This document shows positions 29,404 through 39,366 of a stretch of DNA of 64,000 bases, piece by piece (positions within the stretch are counted from its first letter, which is position 1; every line of letters starts with the position of its first letter). The stretch is from positions 1 through 64,000 of the IMG/VR virus record IMGVR_UViG_2671180615_000003; one strand, 5' to 3'. The notes beneath the pieces are model-generated. The model did not search any database. It was not told the origin of the DNA and was given only the letters and a program-made list of their open reading frames with translations. The DNA is from a virus. Taxonomy: Duplodnaviria > Caudoviricetes. The translations under genes were made by a program, and so were the position numbers.

Positions 29404-29446
29404 GTAAGGATCTCCAAAAAATAAGGCGGTGTTACCCGCCTTTTAG

Positions 29447-30397
29447 TTATTTGATTTTGTGTTTAAAAGCCACGATACGGATCTGTTTAGGATCGTAAAC
29501 ACGTTCCCAGTTGGTGCCGGTTGCAAGCCCAGAATTTTTAGGTGCAATTCCATTTGGTCCTGCCCATTTAACACCACGTGGATGCAGCACAAAGTGACGG
29601 CGGTTAATCAAGATATCTACACCAGCAAGACTATCGCGATCAGTTTCAACCGCATTTGGCGCACCAATATCTTGGAAGCCAACAGCACCTTGACCAAATA
29701 GAAAGGAAGTAAATACATCACCATCCACAGGCATGCCATCATCAACAATCACACGGCGATCCATAAAGGTTTTGTAGAGCAAAACCCCATCAGCATCACG
29801 CACGGTTTCAATCAACCCCTGCTTAGATAAAGCTGACATAGTGAATGAATGCATTGAAATCGCCGTTAATTTATCGACCGCATCGCCAAGCTTATATGAC
29901 GCATCAACAAAAGAGTGACCATCAATAACCGCTGCGGCCCCTACGCCAGCTGAAATATCATGTACGTTACTTGCCATACTTGCAGCACCAAAAACACCTT
30001 TGAGGGTATTCACGGTAAACCCTTGGAACTCACGCGCCCAATAATCTGCTACTAGATCACCAACCGCTCCGAGTGGATCGTCACCAGATAAGGCCTTTGC
30101 TAGATCATTAGCCCCCCATGCCTTACCACGAGCATGAAGAATTGCAATATCTTGACCCGATGTGATGTTATTTACAGATAAAGGGGTTTGATCTGAGAGA
30201 ACTTCAGATTCACCACTTAAATCGTTCCAAAAAGGGATATTTACAGTAGTACCGCCCTTAGTTCCGAAAGCGACTTCTTCATCAAGATCCCCAACAATGC
30301 CAGACTGCCATAAGGTAGATTTCTCAGCTGTTTTGTTTAAAACATACGGAGTGAATAACTCAGGTACGATTACATCAGCAATTTTGGTATCACCCAT
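29447..30397 (-). CDS. Major capsid protein
   Basis: TKIADVIVPELF N-terminus, PFWNDL, ETDRD, LHPRG motifs; follows the scaffold gene. Confidence 0.92.
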   Translation of the reverse strand: MGDTKIADVIVPELFTPYVLNKTAEKSTLWQSGIVGDLDEEVAFGTKGGTTVNIPFWNDLSGESEVLSDQTPLSVNNITSGQDIAILHARGKAWGANDLAKALSGDDPLGAVGDLVADYWAREFQGFTVNTLKGVFGAASMASNVHDISAGVGAAAVIDGHSFVDASYKLGDAVDKLTAISMHSFTMSALSKQGLIETVRDADGVLLYKTFMDRRVIVDDGMPVDGDVFTSFLFGQGAVGFQDIGAPNAVETDRDSLAGVDILINRRHFVLHPRGVKWAGPNGIAPKNSGLATGTNWERVYDPKQIRIVAFKHKIK

Positions 30398-30410
30398 TAG
30401 GCTTTACTCC

Positions 30411-31208
30411 TTAAAGTTTAATATTGTGTTTTGCAGCTAGTTCTTTAGCTAACTGCGGATTTTCATTTCGTAATTGCGCCAATTTGGTTAAATTCACTGA
30501 ACCATCTGGTTTAAGAATGTCGACCTGACCTTTTGAATTGTTACTACCTGGTGCGCCCATACCATTTGGTTTAGGCCAGTAGTAAGGCTTTTGCTCACGT
30601 AGAGATTCAACCCACTCTTTTGGCGATAATGCTGTCTGGCCATCTTTGCCAATAATCACTTCGCCGTTTTCGTCAACAGCAACAGCTTTGCCGTTTTCAT
30701 CTAATGCAAACTTTGATTTAGCTAAAAACGCAATGTCACCTGTAGCTTCAGGTAATGCTTCAAGCTCTACAGCCGCTTGAACGATTTGTCCTTGAATTAC
30801 TGATTCCTTAAACTTATTTGCATAAGCTTCAGCTTTGTCAGCACGGTCTTTTTCGGCTTTAAGTACCTTTTCATGTTCTTCACGCATCTTCTCGGTGCGC
30901 TTCTGAATCACTTCGGTAATTTTGCCTTCAGCGATTAGCTTGGCTTCTTCATCTTGATCAATCTGAGAAAAGACCTTTTTAACAATTTCAGGATCAATCC
31001 CTTCGAACTGTTTTTGAAGTTTCTGGAGTTCTTGTTTTGCAGTCTTAGCAGCATCACGCTCGCTTTGAAGTGCTGTTTTCAAGCCCTTAGGATCTTCATA
31101 GCCGTCTAAATCGAGGCGAAACTTCCCGTTTTCCTCAACATATAAAGCACGGTGCTCCTCTTTGATGGCATCAAGTGAATCAACAATAAATGGCAATGAC
31201 ATGTTCAA
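30411..31208 (-). CDS. Capsid scaffolding protein
   Basis: Charged coiled-coil protein immediately upstream of the capsid gene. Confidence 0.8.
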   Translation of the reverse strand: MNMSLPFIVDSLDAIKEEHRALYVEENGKFRLDLDGYEDPKGLKTALQSERDAAKTAKQELQKLQKQFEGIDPEIVKKVFSQIDQDEEAKLIAEGKITEVIQKRTEKMREEHEKVLKAEKDRADKAEAYANKFKESVIQGQIVQAAVELEALPEATGDIAFLAKSKFALDENGKAVAVDENGEVIIGKDGQTALSPKEWVESLREQKPYYWPKPNGMGAPGSNNSKGQVDILKPDGSVNLTKLAQLRNENPQLAKELAAKHNIKL

Positions 31209-31292
31209 ACCTCTCGTTTGATTTGGATAAAGCCTTATCTCAAGGCATTAAAAAAGCGCCCTAAGGACGCTGTATTTCGCTCAAATATTTAA

Positions 31293-31484
31293 TTATTTAC
31301 TTACAGCTTGGCGCACAAATGCATCTTTGGCTTCAAGTAGTTTTCGTAATCCCGTTGATTTTTCAGGACCATCAGGCAACAGTTCATCCATTTGCTTAGC
31401 TAAATCACCTATTGGCTTGCTAACTTGCTGCAAATGTTCTGGTAAGTGTTCATACTTAAAATATTGGATAATTGGACTTTGCAT
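31293..31484 (-). CDS. Small helical-hairpin protein, Acb2/Tad1-like candidate
   Basis: LPDGPEKSTGLRKLLEAKDAFVR motif; 63 aa. Confidence 0.55.
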   Translation of the reverse strand: MQSPIIQYFKYEHLPEHLQQVSKPIGDLAKQMDELLPDGPEKSTGLRKLLEAKDAFVRQAVSK

Positions 31485-31542
31485 ATTTATTACTCACAAA
31501 AAAAGAGCCTTTTGGCTCTTTGGTTAACAATTACAAAAACGA

Positions 31543-32052
31543 TCAACTGATTTTTAAAAATAATTCACGATTGATATATTCATCTCTCAACTCTTTAATG
31601 AACCTTAACTTATATCCGCGTTCAAACTTTGTTTTGAGCTTCTTGAAGGGTATGAATCTATACCAGTCTGGATAAATGATTAAGTCATCTATTTTTTTTC
31701 CTCCTATAAATTTAATATTTACGATTTTTAATAAATTTTCATTCATAGGAGAAGGTATAAATTCCCTCCATCTATTAATGGGAAGATAAGTTTCCCTTTG
31801 TATGTATTGCGTATAAAGAACATTTTTCTTCATTTTAAAAACAGGTAATTCATTATTAATTACCTCCTGAACAGGGCCTAACCACTCTAAAATCAGTTCA
31901 GCTCCATTACCTTTTAAAGTTGTATTTCTGAGTTGACTTACATGTACATAACCATTCAGCCCGTCATCATCTTTCATGACGTTACCAATAAAATTTTTGG
32001 TTATTATCACTTTTACGGCTCTTTCTGGTGAAGTTCGATGATAAAATCTCAT
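31543..32052 (-). CDS. Hypothetical moron protein with an ART-like N-terminus
   Basis: FYHRTSPERAVKVI resembles the YHGT strand-helix of ADP-ribosyltransferase folds; AT-rich. Confidence 0.55.
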   Translation of the reverse strand: MRFYHRTSPERAVKVIITKNFIGNVMKDDDGLNGYVHVSQLRNTTLKGNGAELILEWLGPVQEVINNELPVFKMKKNVLYTQYIQRETYLPINRWREFIPSPMNENLLKIVNIKFIGGKKIDDLIIYPDWYRFIPFKKLKTKFERGYKLRFIKELRDEYINRELFLKIS

Positions 32053-32111
32053 ATATTGTTGAATAGAGTTTGTGTTATAGGAACTTATAACACATTACTT
32101 GTACCCTAATT

Positions 32112-33215
32112 CTACAATCCCAACTCCTTAAATGTTTTCTCATCCAACTTACGAAGTTGGTCCAGTGTGTATAACCGCCCTTCCGGATCGAAGAACTTTT
32201 CAAAATCAAACTTTCCTTCTTTATAAAGTTTGTACCTCTTTGGCCCTAACCACTCTTTCTGAAAGAAGTCATCTGTCTTTTTGAAGAACTCTCTAAACGT
32301 CGTATTAGCATCCAATTGGCCAATAAGTTGGCTACGCTCCTCTTTGGGTATGTCTTTAACTTTCCGCTCATCCATCACAAACGGACGTTCTCCTACCAGA
32401 AGCCCATCTTTCTCAACTGGTATGAGAATGCTTCTGCAGTGTGGATGTAAAGGCGGCACCCGTTTTGCTGGGTCATTAATTTTCCAAACGGTACCATCCA
32501 GTGAGGCACATAGTTTTGATGTTCTACCATCCAACGTTGCTACCAGCTTTACGTATTCAAAGCCGATCTGGTTAAAGCTACTGAGGTAAGCTTGATTAGC
32601 AACATGACTCCTAACTGTTCTTACCGTCCGATCGATATCAGACTTACTGCTGGTTAAGATGCCGTCTTCATAATTAAGGCGTTTAGTCCCCCCGATGCGC
32701 TGAACAATTTGCTGATTCGTTTTACCTGAACTAATCCCATCCCGAATCGCATATTCAACCTTTTGACGAGCACTTTCAGCCAACTTTGTTAAAAGGTCAT
32801 CGACCAAGGCCCCGCCTACTAAAGGGACTTTTTTAGCAGACTTATAAAGCATGTCTCCATTGGGCTGTTTAATCTTTCCGCCGTATAGTTTTGACGTGTA
32901 GTTGGCCTCATATACCGCTAATGCTGTAGCAGAAACCGCGAATGCTTCAGGTAGTGAAGTATTAATTGCCGTAAACCACTGAGAAATTAAATCCCGAATC
33001 TCTTTGAGGTTTGTAGTTGTGTATTGGCCACTAGCAAGAGCCACCTTTTCAGAATCATTTAACTCATCCAACAAATCTCGAAGCTTTGCCAGCATCAAGG
33101 CTGACTCAGCATTAAAGATTGTTAATAATTCATTAACTGATTGAGAAGAAGTTCGATATAAATATGCTTGATGTTGTGTAAGTACTTCGATCAAGGTTTT
33201 ATCTTTTGAAGTCAT
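32112..33215 (-). CDS. Minor head morphogenesis protein (SPP1 gp7 / Mu gpF-like)
   Basis: ATLDGRTSKLCASLDG...PPLHPHCRS motif. Confidence 0.92.
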   Translation of the reverse strand: MTSKDKTLIEVLTQHQAYLYRTSSQSVNELLTIFNAESALMLAKLRDLLDELNDSEKVALASGQYTTTNLKEIRDLISQWFTAINTSLPEAFAVSATALAVYEANYTSKLYGGKIKQPNGDMLYKSAKKVPLVGGALVDDLLTKLAESARQKVEYAIRDGISSGKTNQQIVQRIGGTKRLNYEDGILTSSKSDIDRTVRTVRSHVANQAYLSSFNQIGFEYVKLVATLDGRTSKLCASLDGTVWKINDPAKRVPPLHPHCRSILIPVEKDGLLVGERPFVMDERKVKDIPKEERSQLIGQLDANTTFREFFKKTDDFFQKEWLGPKRYKLYKEGKFDFEKFFDPEGRLYTLDQLRKLDEKTFKELGL

Positions 33216-33224
33216 ATCTCACCT

Positions 33225-34574
33225 CTACAACGGCATACTATCGCGCTCACTTTCAACACGCTTCAGCTCTTCCTTAAAGTCATGAGCTGGTAACTTCCCA
33301 GTAGCGATATATTCCCAATACGTCTGAAAAGAGTTCTTTCCAGAAATAGCACCTTCATAAAGCTGCTTAGCCAGATTGATATCGTATTTCTGGACAATAA
33401 ACTCAGGCTCTACTGTGAATGCATTTTTAGAAGGATCAAGCTTTAGCCATTGAGCAGCATATTTAATAGCTTGTTCAATTGCTGCCGCTGCACACATCAC
33501 AATACTGTGTAGACTCGCATGCTGATCATCCTGACGGGCACGGCGTGCTTCACCTGATTCTTGTGTATTGGTGTCTACAACTTTAGCTCCAGCTTCAAGA
33601 GCAGCGTTTTTTTGGGAATCCATTTCCTGCTTGGTTAACTCAATTCCATTACCTGAAATTTCTAAATAACCGCATTGTGATTCCTTAGGTAAACTCCAGA
33701 CAGCCATAACTCCTGTAACACTAATATCATCATCGTCTTCATCCCCATCTAAACCATTAATCCAAGGTTGAGGATGTGCTGTGTGATGAAGTGACTGGAA
33801 ATAGTCCGCGCTTAGCTGGTAATGCTTCAGTGCTGCTTTAGCCATAGTTAAAAGAGGGACTGTGCCAACATCGGGCGAATTATCAGTGGCACCGCAGAAT
33901 ACAAACGGCGTGAACGATAGCTGATTACCGCCCAAAGTAGGCGTTTTATCTTCTTCAGTTGATCCATCAAACAAGCGAACTACTAAGGCCCCGTCAATCA
34001 TGGATAAAACACGATGAACCGTTTTAGTATCATGACCAAACTCATCTTCACTGTTATCAAATTGCTCCTCGAGCACTAACAGCTTCAGATCCTTACGTCC
34101 ACCGATACTGTTTTCTTTCCAATTGATGATAGATAAAGCATCATATAACGCAAAATAAGGAACACTTTTATCATCGACATCTACCATCAATCCGCAGCGG
34201 CCAAATACTAATAGCTCCAGACAAATACGAATGAAAAGCTGTTTTAATCCAAACCCATCATTAGTTGCGTTATCAATCAGTCCTTTGAGCAAAGAGCTTT
34301 CAATCACAATATTCGGCTCTAGCTTTGAAACTAAACCAATCATTGTACGTAATGAATCTTGAACCCATAAAGGATATTGAGCACGGCTTAGATAAGCTTT
34401 ATAAATCTCTCCGGTTGTATCACCCTGCTTTTCAGCTTCGATCATCCCTGCCGATTTAGAGAGGTATTTGGTCTGTGCCTGTTTGATCTGCTCTTCGCCA
34501 GCTACGGCATCACGCATAATTATCCAAGCAATTTGCGCAGCAATATACTGCGGATGTTTATCAGTAACTGCCAT
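33225..34574 (-). CDS. Portal protein (DUF4055-type)
   Basis: Between the terminase and minor head genes; YKAYLSRA, ESGEARRAR motifs. Confidence 0.88.
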   Translation of the reverse strand: MAVTDKHPQYIAAQIAWIIMRDAVAGEEQIKQAQTKYLSKSAGMIEAEKQGDTTGEIYKAYLSRAQYPLWVQDSLRTMIGLVSKLEPNIVIESSLLKGLIDNATNDGFGLKQLFIRICLELLVFGRCGLMVDVDDKSVPYFALYDALSIINWKENSIGGRKDLKLLVLEEQFDNSEDEFGHDTKTVHRVLSMIDGALVVRLFDGSTEEDKTPTLGGNQLSFTPFVFCGATDNSPDVGTVPLLTMAKAALKHYQLSADYFQSLHHTAHPQPWINGLDGDEDDDDISVTGVMAVWSLPKESQCGYLEISGNGIELTKQEMDSQKNAALEAGAKVVDTNTQESGEARRARQDDQHASLHSIVMCAAAAIEQAIKYAAQWLKLDPSKNAFTVEPEFIVQKYDINLAKQLYEGAISGKNSFQTYWEYIATGKLPAHDFKEELKRVESERDSMPL

Positions 34575-34613
34575 AAAAACACCAATAAAAAAGCACCTAT
34601 AAAGGTGCGTTGT

Positions 34614-35945
34614 TTAAGACATTCCGCGAATTCTACGTATGCCAATTGATTTTTTATCAATCGGGAATAAATACGCGATTGGATATGTACCAGCATCATT
34701 CATATGGTCAAATCCTGATTTCTTATCAGGCTGACCATGATCATCATAAATTTGTCGCTCTAAGCATTTAGCAAAGTGCGGACATTTAGTCACGTTCACA
34801 AATAATCTGCGCTCAGAGAATGTATTGCAAAGCATCCCATTCATTGAGTTGATACGGTCTTTAACTGCAGGGTTTCTATTATTTACGTGTACTTTAAATC
34901 CTGCCTTTCTGAGCAAAGCCAGATCCGTTTCACTTGCATTACTAGACTTACGGTTTTCACCTGAAGCATCCGGATAAACTGCAATTTCATGTTTAGGATA
35001 ACGCTCCTGAATAGCTTCAATCATTGCTGGGGTGTCAAAGAGATTCACAAACTCATCAACAGCATGCATTTGCTCACCACGTCGAACATATACAACCGCA
35101 GCCATTTTGGTTACGTTGAAGTCCATCCCCACATGAAGTACATCATTTGATTGAACTATTTCTGTCGATGCGCTTAATAAACGATTAAAACAGTAAAAGA
35201 TAACGCCTTGATAACTTTCAAAGCTTGCCTCATATTCCTGGCTAAATGTCTTAGGATCCATCTTGCGCTTAGCAACAATGATCTCTGACTCAGGAATATT
35301 TCCACCTTGTAATGAGGTATAAGAAAAGCTTTTACAATCTGGTTCATGCCCCGGCTGACCATCCATGAAAGTGTCATAACAATGGTTAAAGCCTTTAGGT
35401 GTTCCAATCCTTAATACATGACCACCAACCCGCTGTTCACCATTAACTACATACTTACACGTAGACAGCATTGGGCGAAGTACTTCTTCCCATGCGGCCC
35501 ATTTACAATCCGCCCATTCATCAATAATTAAGAAAAATAAGCCAGAACCACGAAGGTCATCATAATTGTCCAACCCTACAACACGGATAACATGGCCACT
35601 TCTTAATGTAATTGAACATTCAGTCTCATTCGGCTTACCTGCTCGCCATGATGCAGGAATTGCTTGCTTTAAACGTTTCCAGAAAACCCGCTTAGCTTGC
35701 TTAAATGTTGGCGCTGCATACCAAATTTCATCCTCAACAGAAACATTCCATTTAGCGGCAAGTCTGGCGGCCCTGCGCATTTCCGCTTTTGCTAGGAAGG
35801 TCTTACCGAAACGACGGCCACAAACAGCATCGCGAAATCGGGCTTCTTTTTGCCAACCCCATAAATAGATATTTGCTTGTTTAGGTGTTAACTGAACTGA
35901 ACCTTCTGGAGGATTAAAGAATTGGCTCATTTGGTATCTCCTCAT
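34614..35945 (-). CDS. terL: Terminase large subunit
   Basis: GRRFGKT Walker A, YAAPTFKQAK, LIIDEWAD, GTPKG, GMDFN, DHMNDA. Confidence 0.96.
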   Translation of the reverse strand: MRRYQMSQFFNPPEGSVQLTPKQANIYLWGWQKEARFRDAVCGRRFGKTFLAKAEMRRAARLAAKWNVSVEDEIWYAAPTFKQAKRVFWKRLKQAIPASWRAGKPNETECSITLRSGHVIRVVGLDNYDDLRGSGLFFLIIDEWADCKWAAWEEVLRPMLSTCKYVVNGEQRVGGHVLRIGTPKGFNHCYDTFMDGQPGHEPDCKSFSYTSLQGGNIPESEIIVAKRKMDPKTFSQEYEASFESYQGVIFYCFNRLLSASTEIVQSNDVLHVGMDFNVTKMAAVVYVRRGEQMHAVDEFVNLFDTPAMIEAIQERYPKHEIAVYPDASGENRKSSNASETDLALLRKAGFKVHVNNRNPAVKDRINSMNGMLCNTFSERRLFVNVTKCPHFAKCLERQIYDDHGQPDKKSGFDHMNDAGTYPIAYLFPIDKKSIGIRRIRGMS

Positions 35946-36471
35946 CAGGATTCAAAACAAGTTTGTAATCCTCTTCAGGTGGGCGATACTCTGGTGGATT
36001 CACTTCACGCTGTAACTTCTGAAGCTCAAGCTTTTTAATCTCCAGCTCCACTTCAGCTTTTGTTTGTCCTTCTTCATTAACTCTCCCCTTGCTTGCCTGA
36101 TCGCCCTTCTTGTCATAAAACCCTTTGGTGATTTTTTGCATCTGGTCGACGATCTGGAGTGTCATTCTCACGTTATTTTTTTTGGACCACAGCAGATCAT
36201 TCAGAATTTTCAACTGGACAATGTCATTTACACCGCTAATTTTATTAAGTGGCTGTTCAAGATACTCATCCCGAACTTTCTCAAAAAAATCTTTAAATTC
36301 CTTACTTAAATCTCTACCCGCAACTTTAGTTGGATCGTAAGATTCTACTTGCTGCCTTGAAACTTCAATATCAAATTCTTCCTTGACGAGTGCTACTGTT
36401 TCTTGAGGAGTATTAAAAACAGCAAGTGACTGCACAATAAAGAGTTTTTGCTTTTTGTTTAAAGTCGCCAT
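35914..36471 (-). CDS. Terminase small subunit (DUF2280-like)
   Basis: FIVQSLAVFNTP...SRQQVESYDPTK; directly upstream of terL. Confidence 0.8.
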   Translation of the reverse strand: MATLNKKQKLFIVQSLAVFNTPQETVALVKEEFDIEVSRQQVESYDPTKVAGRDLSKEFKDFFEKVRDEYLEQPLNKISGVNDIVQLKILNDLLWSKKNNVRMTLQIVDQMQKITKGFYDKKGDQASKGRVNEEGQTKAEVELEIKKLELQKLQREVNPPEYRPPEEDYKLVLNPDEEIPNEPIL

Positions 36472-36530
36472 TTCTCTCTATCCGTCAAGGTACGTCAAGG
36501 AAACATGGCAAAAAAAATGAGCCAAACGGC

Positions 36531-37172
36531 TCAACTTATTAAACATGTCCCACAACACTTGGAAATATTTACATCTGATACAAACGGCGCTTGCTTCGCC
36601 ACTTCAATTAGTCGCTTCACGCTTTCGTCCGCTCCCCATCTTTTTACTACACCAACAAACTCTTCAACGTCATGGCCAGCTAAATAGTGTTTTGGTAAGC
36701 CAGTCATATCGCTATGAAGTGGTTCACCATCCCCGTCTCGCTCAACGCCAATGTGATAAAGCTCATGTTCGATTAAAGCGCAAAAGTCTCGGTCCGTAGC
36801 CTGATCACAATAACTAGCATCAATGGTAATTAGATATACAGGCACATAGCCAAACCAATCACGCATTTGCTGCTCTTGTCGAGCTTTCTTCCACCCGCCT
36901 TGGTTGAACATCACCTTTTCGCATTGACCTAGAACCATACGCTTTTTAGCAACACATGCGGATGAAGCCCATGCACAAGCTAAAAACTCTTCATTGTCGT
37001 GAAGTAACTCAGCAATATGATCGTGATCTGGGTTATGTAGTGGTCCACCTATCGTTAAGTAGTTAGCAATAACCCATTTTTTTAAATCAGGTGCCGGTAT
37101 TAAACGAATTGCTTCCTCTTCTTCGGCCTGATCAATAAAGTCAGTTGGTGGGAATGGTCTGATCTGATCCAT
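36531..37172 (-). CDS. Putative phage metallopeptidase
   Basis: HELYH zincin motif and HDVEEF. Confidence 0.85.
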   Translation of the reverse strand: MDQIRPFPPTDFIDQAEEEEAIRLIPAPDLKKWVIANYLTIGGPLHNPDHDHIAELLHDNEEFLACAWASSACVAKKRMVLGQCEKVMFNQGGWKKARQEQQMRDWFGYVPVYLITIDASYCDQATDRDFCALIEHELYHIGVERDGDGEPLHSDMTGLPKHYLAGHDVEEFVGVVKRWGADESVKRLIEVAKQAPFVSDVNISKCCGTCLIS

Positions 37173-37608
37173 TAAATATTTGCCTCTTTAAATTTTTAAG
37201 CCATTGGCTAGCGTAATCTTTTCGCATCTGTAGCGGTCCTGTCTCATCTATCCGGTGCCTTGTCGCTGTCTCAATACGAACTACTGTGTAGCCCATCTCT
37301 TCAGCCACATCGTAACGATCAAGACTCCAAGCTTTATTCTTTAGCTTGCCCTTACGACCGCCAGACCAAGGGCCACCAGCAATTTCAACTAAAATACGAT
37401 GTTCAATTAAATGAAAATCAAACCGCCAATGCTTTGTAGACTTAAACTGGAATTTCTTTTCATACTTAATTCCCAGATTATCTAAAGTTTCTGTTAATTC
37501 CTCTTCTGCCTCTAGATACTTCTGTGTTGCTTTAGGCAGTGGTCTACTTTTAGGCTTGGTTTTAGGTTCTTTTTTTCTTGTAAGCCAAAAGTATTCGTTA
37601 GCTTCCAT
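37141..37608 (-). CDS. DUF559/Vsr-like endonuclease-fold protein
   Basis: KHWRFDF...LVEIAGG...GYTVVR. Confidence 0.75.
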   Translation of the reverse strand: MEANEYFWLTRKKEPKTKPKSRPLPKATQKYLEAEEELTETLDNLGIKYEKKFQFKSTKHWRFDFHLIEHRILVEIAGGPWSGGRKGKLKNKAWSLDRYDVAEEMGYTVVRIETATRHRIDETGPLQMRKDYASQWLKNLKRQIFNGSDQTIPTN

Positions 37609-37661
37609 ATTTCATCCAATAAAAAACCACCTCAAAGGTGGTTTTTTAAATATTAAAACTT

Positions 37662-38084
37662 TCACAGCAACTTCTTGTAATTCTGCTTACCGCACTCATA
37701 AGGAGTACCAGTTAATTGCTTAGCAATATCAAGATAAGACTGATTTTCTTTATCGAATTCCAGATTCATTTGTTCACGAGTGGTTTTCTCTTTTGCTAAT
37801 TCTTGAGATTGCTCAAAATTATTATTATAGAATTTTTTAATCTGCTCATTTGCATTAGCCAGATCACACACTGAATTTGTAAGTTCTAACTGTTCTTTAA
37901 AGTTAAGTTGTCTTTCTTCTGAAAGCATTCCTAGTGTTTGGAATCTATTGATAGCCTCTTCACGTGCATTAAATAAATTATTGGCCTCTGTTAAAAACTC
38001 AAATTCCGATTTTGGATATCCCTGAAATGAAATAAGTCCCAAAATCATTAAACTTATTAATAAATGCAATTTCATATTCATCAA
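37662..38084 (-). CDS. Secreted helical hypothetical protein
   Basis: N-terminal hydrophobic signal, two Cys, own terminator. Confidence 0.65.
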   Translation of the reverse strand: MMNMKLHLLISLMILGLISFQGYPKSEFEFLTEANNLFNAREEAINRFQTLGMLSEERQLNFKEQLELTNSVCDLANANEQIKKFYNNNFEQSQELAKEKTTREQMNLEFDKENQSYLDIAKQLTGTPYECGKQNYKKLL

Positions 38085-38274
38085 TGTTTTATAAGGTAAT
38101 TTTGATGAGAAAGTATATCGCTAAAAATTAAAAATAGTTTAAATAAAAGCGAAGACCTGTTCCATAAAATTATTTATCAGATCGTGTGGTGTTTGCTGAA
38201 TTGGAATATGAAAGTCGACTTCTTTCTTCATAAAGCTTAACCATTGAAAACCCTCCAAAGAGGGTTATTCATTA

Positions 38275-38694
38275 CTAGTCCACTAAGATTTCGGTGGTAA
38301 AACTTTCATTTCCAAGAACTCTTGTAAGCACAATACCCTTTGAGTTTGATTTCTTAATAAACATACCATCTGTTGAATCACTGAAGTAAACTGTACTTAA
38401 ATTATTTACTTCATCATTATCACAAACCCATACCAAATCTATAGGCCTAAATCCACTTCTAGCTTTAGTACATAAATTAAAAGCTGAAAACTTATATTTT
38501 TTTGAGTTTGATTGCTCTTTACTTTCACTAAAATTATTCTCTGAAATTTCAGATAGTTCCAAGTCCAGTATGTCAATATCTGCCCAAAGGAAATATTCTT
38601 CAGTTTGAAGAAAATTATTTAATAACCCATATATTCCGCCATCGTTTGACTGCTTTTTCTTTAAAGTTACTTTATAAATAAAGTTTTTATTCAC
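38275..38694 (-). CDS. Hypothetical moron protein
   Basis: AT-rich 139-aa ORF followed by a hairpin. Confidence 0.6.
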   Translation of the reverse strand: MNKNFIYKVTLKKKQSNDGGIYGLLNNFLQTEEYFLWADIDILDLELSEISENNFSESKEQSNSKKYKFSAFNLCTKARSGFRPIDLVWVCDNDEVNNLSTVYFSDSTDGMFIKKSNSKGIVLTRVLGNESFTTEILVD

Positions 38695-38900
38695 AAATGA
38701 GTACTCATTGATATTTAATCTTATAATATCATCAATCTATCAACTCCTAAGAAGATTATTTGAATTCTTTAATAACATATTTTAAAACATCATCATTTTA
38801 CAATTAACACCCATGTCAATTTCTGAATAATAGTTATTATTATCATGCCTAAAATTCGCTTTTACTTCGCAATAAAAAACCACCCGAAGGTGCTTGATTT

Positions 38901-39230
38901 CTATTTACTGATTTGCTGATGTAACCAATTCAAATACGCTTTTTGATCCCTGAAGTTTGGTGCTTCGTTTGTATCCAGAGTAATTGGAACACCATTATGA
39001 ATAATAGTATATCTGTATGGGGTCTGTACTAATAAACCTTCAACTTTAGGCATTTCAAAATAAGCACGTAGAAAAGCTAAATTATATGTCCAGTTTCCAG
39101 CTTTTCTATTAACTTCATCTAAGTCTGGATGCTGAAGAATGTATTCTGCAGAACTCTCTAATTTAGGAAAATTCTCATGCTTTAAAAAATTTTCATATTT
39201 CTGACTTAATTCTTCAATATTCATAAACAA
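38901..39230 (-). CDS. Hypothetical moron protein
   Basis: 109-aa ORF with RBS and a CCACC-family terminator. Confidence 0.65.
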   Translation of the reverse strand: MFMNIEELSQKYENFLKHENFPKLESSAEYILQHPDLDEVNRKAGNWTYNLAFLRAYFEMPKVEGLLVQTPYRYTIIHNGVPITLDTNEAPNFRDQKAYLNWLHQQISK

Positions 39231-39366
39231 CCCTTTTATTATAAAAGGAATAAATATATCAAAAAATATTCTAATTTACAGATCTAATTTTTATCTGCTT
39301 AAAATAAAAAAACCCCACTCAATCAAGAGATCAAGTGGAGCTTAAATTCTGCTTTTTTTATAACTC

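Noticed and set aside
38139-38231. 30-aa minus-strand ORF MKKEVDFHIPIQQTPHDLINNFMEQVFAFI
   Set aside because: Very short with no clear RBS; probably a gene remnant.
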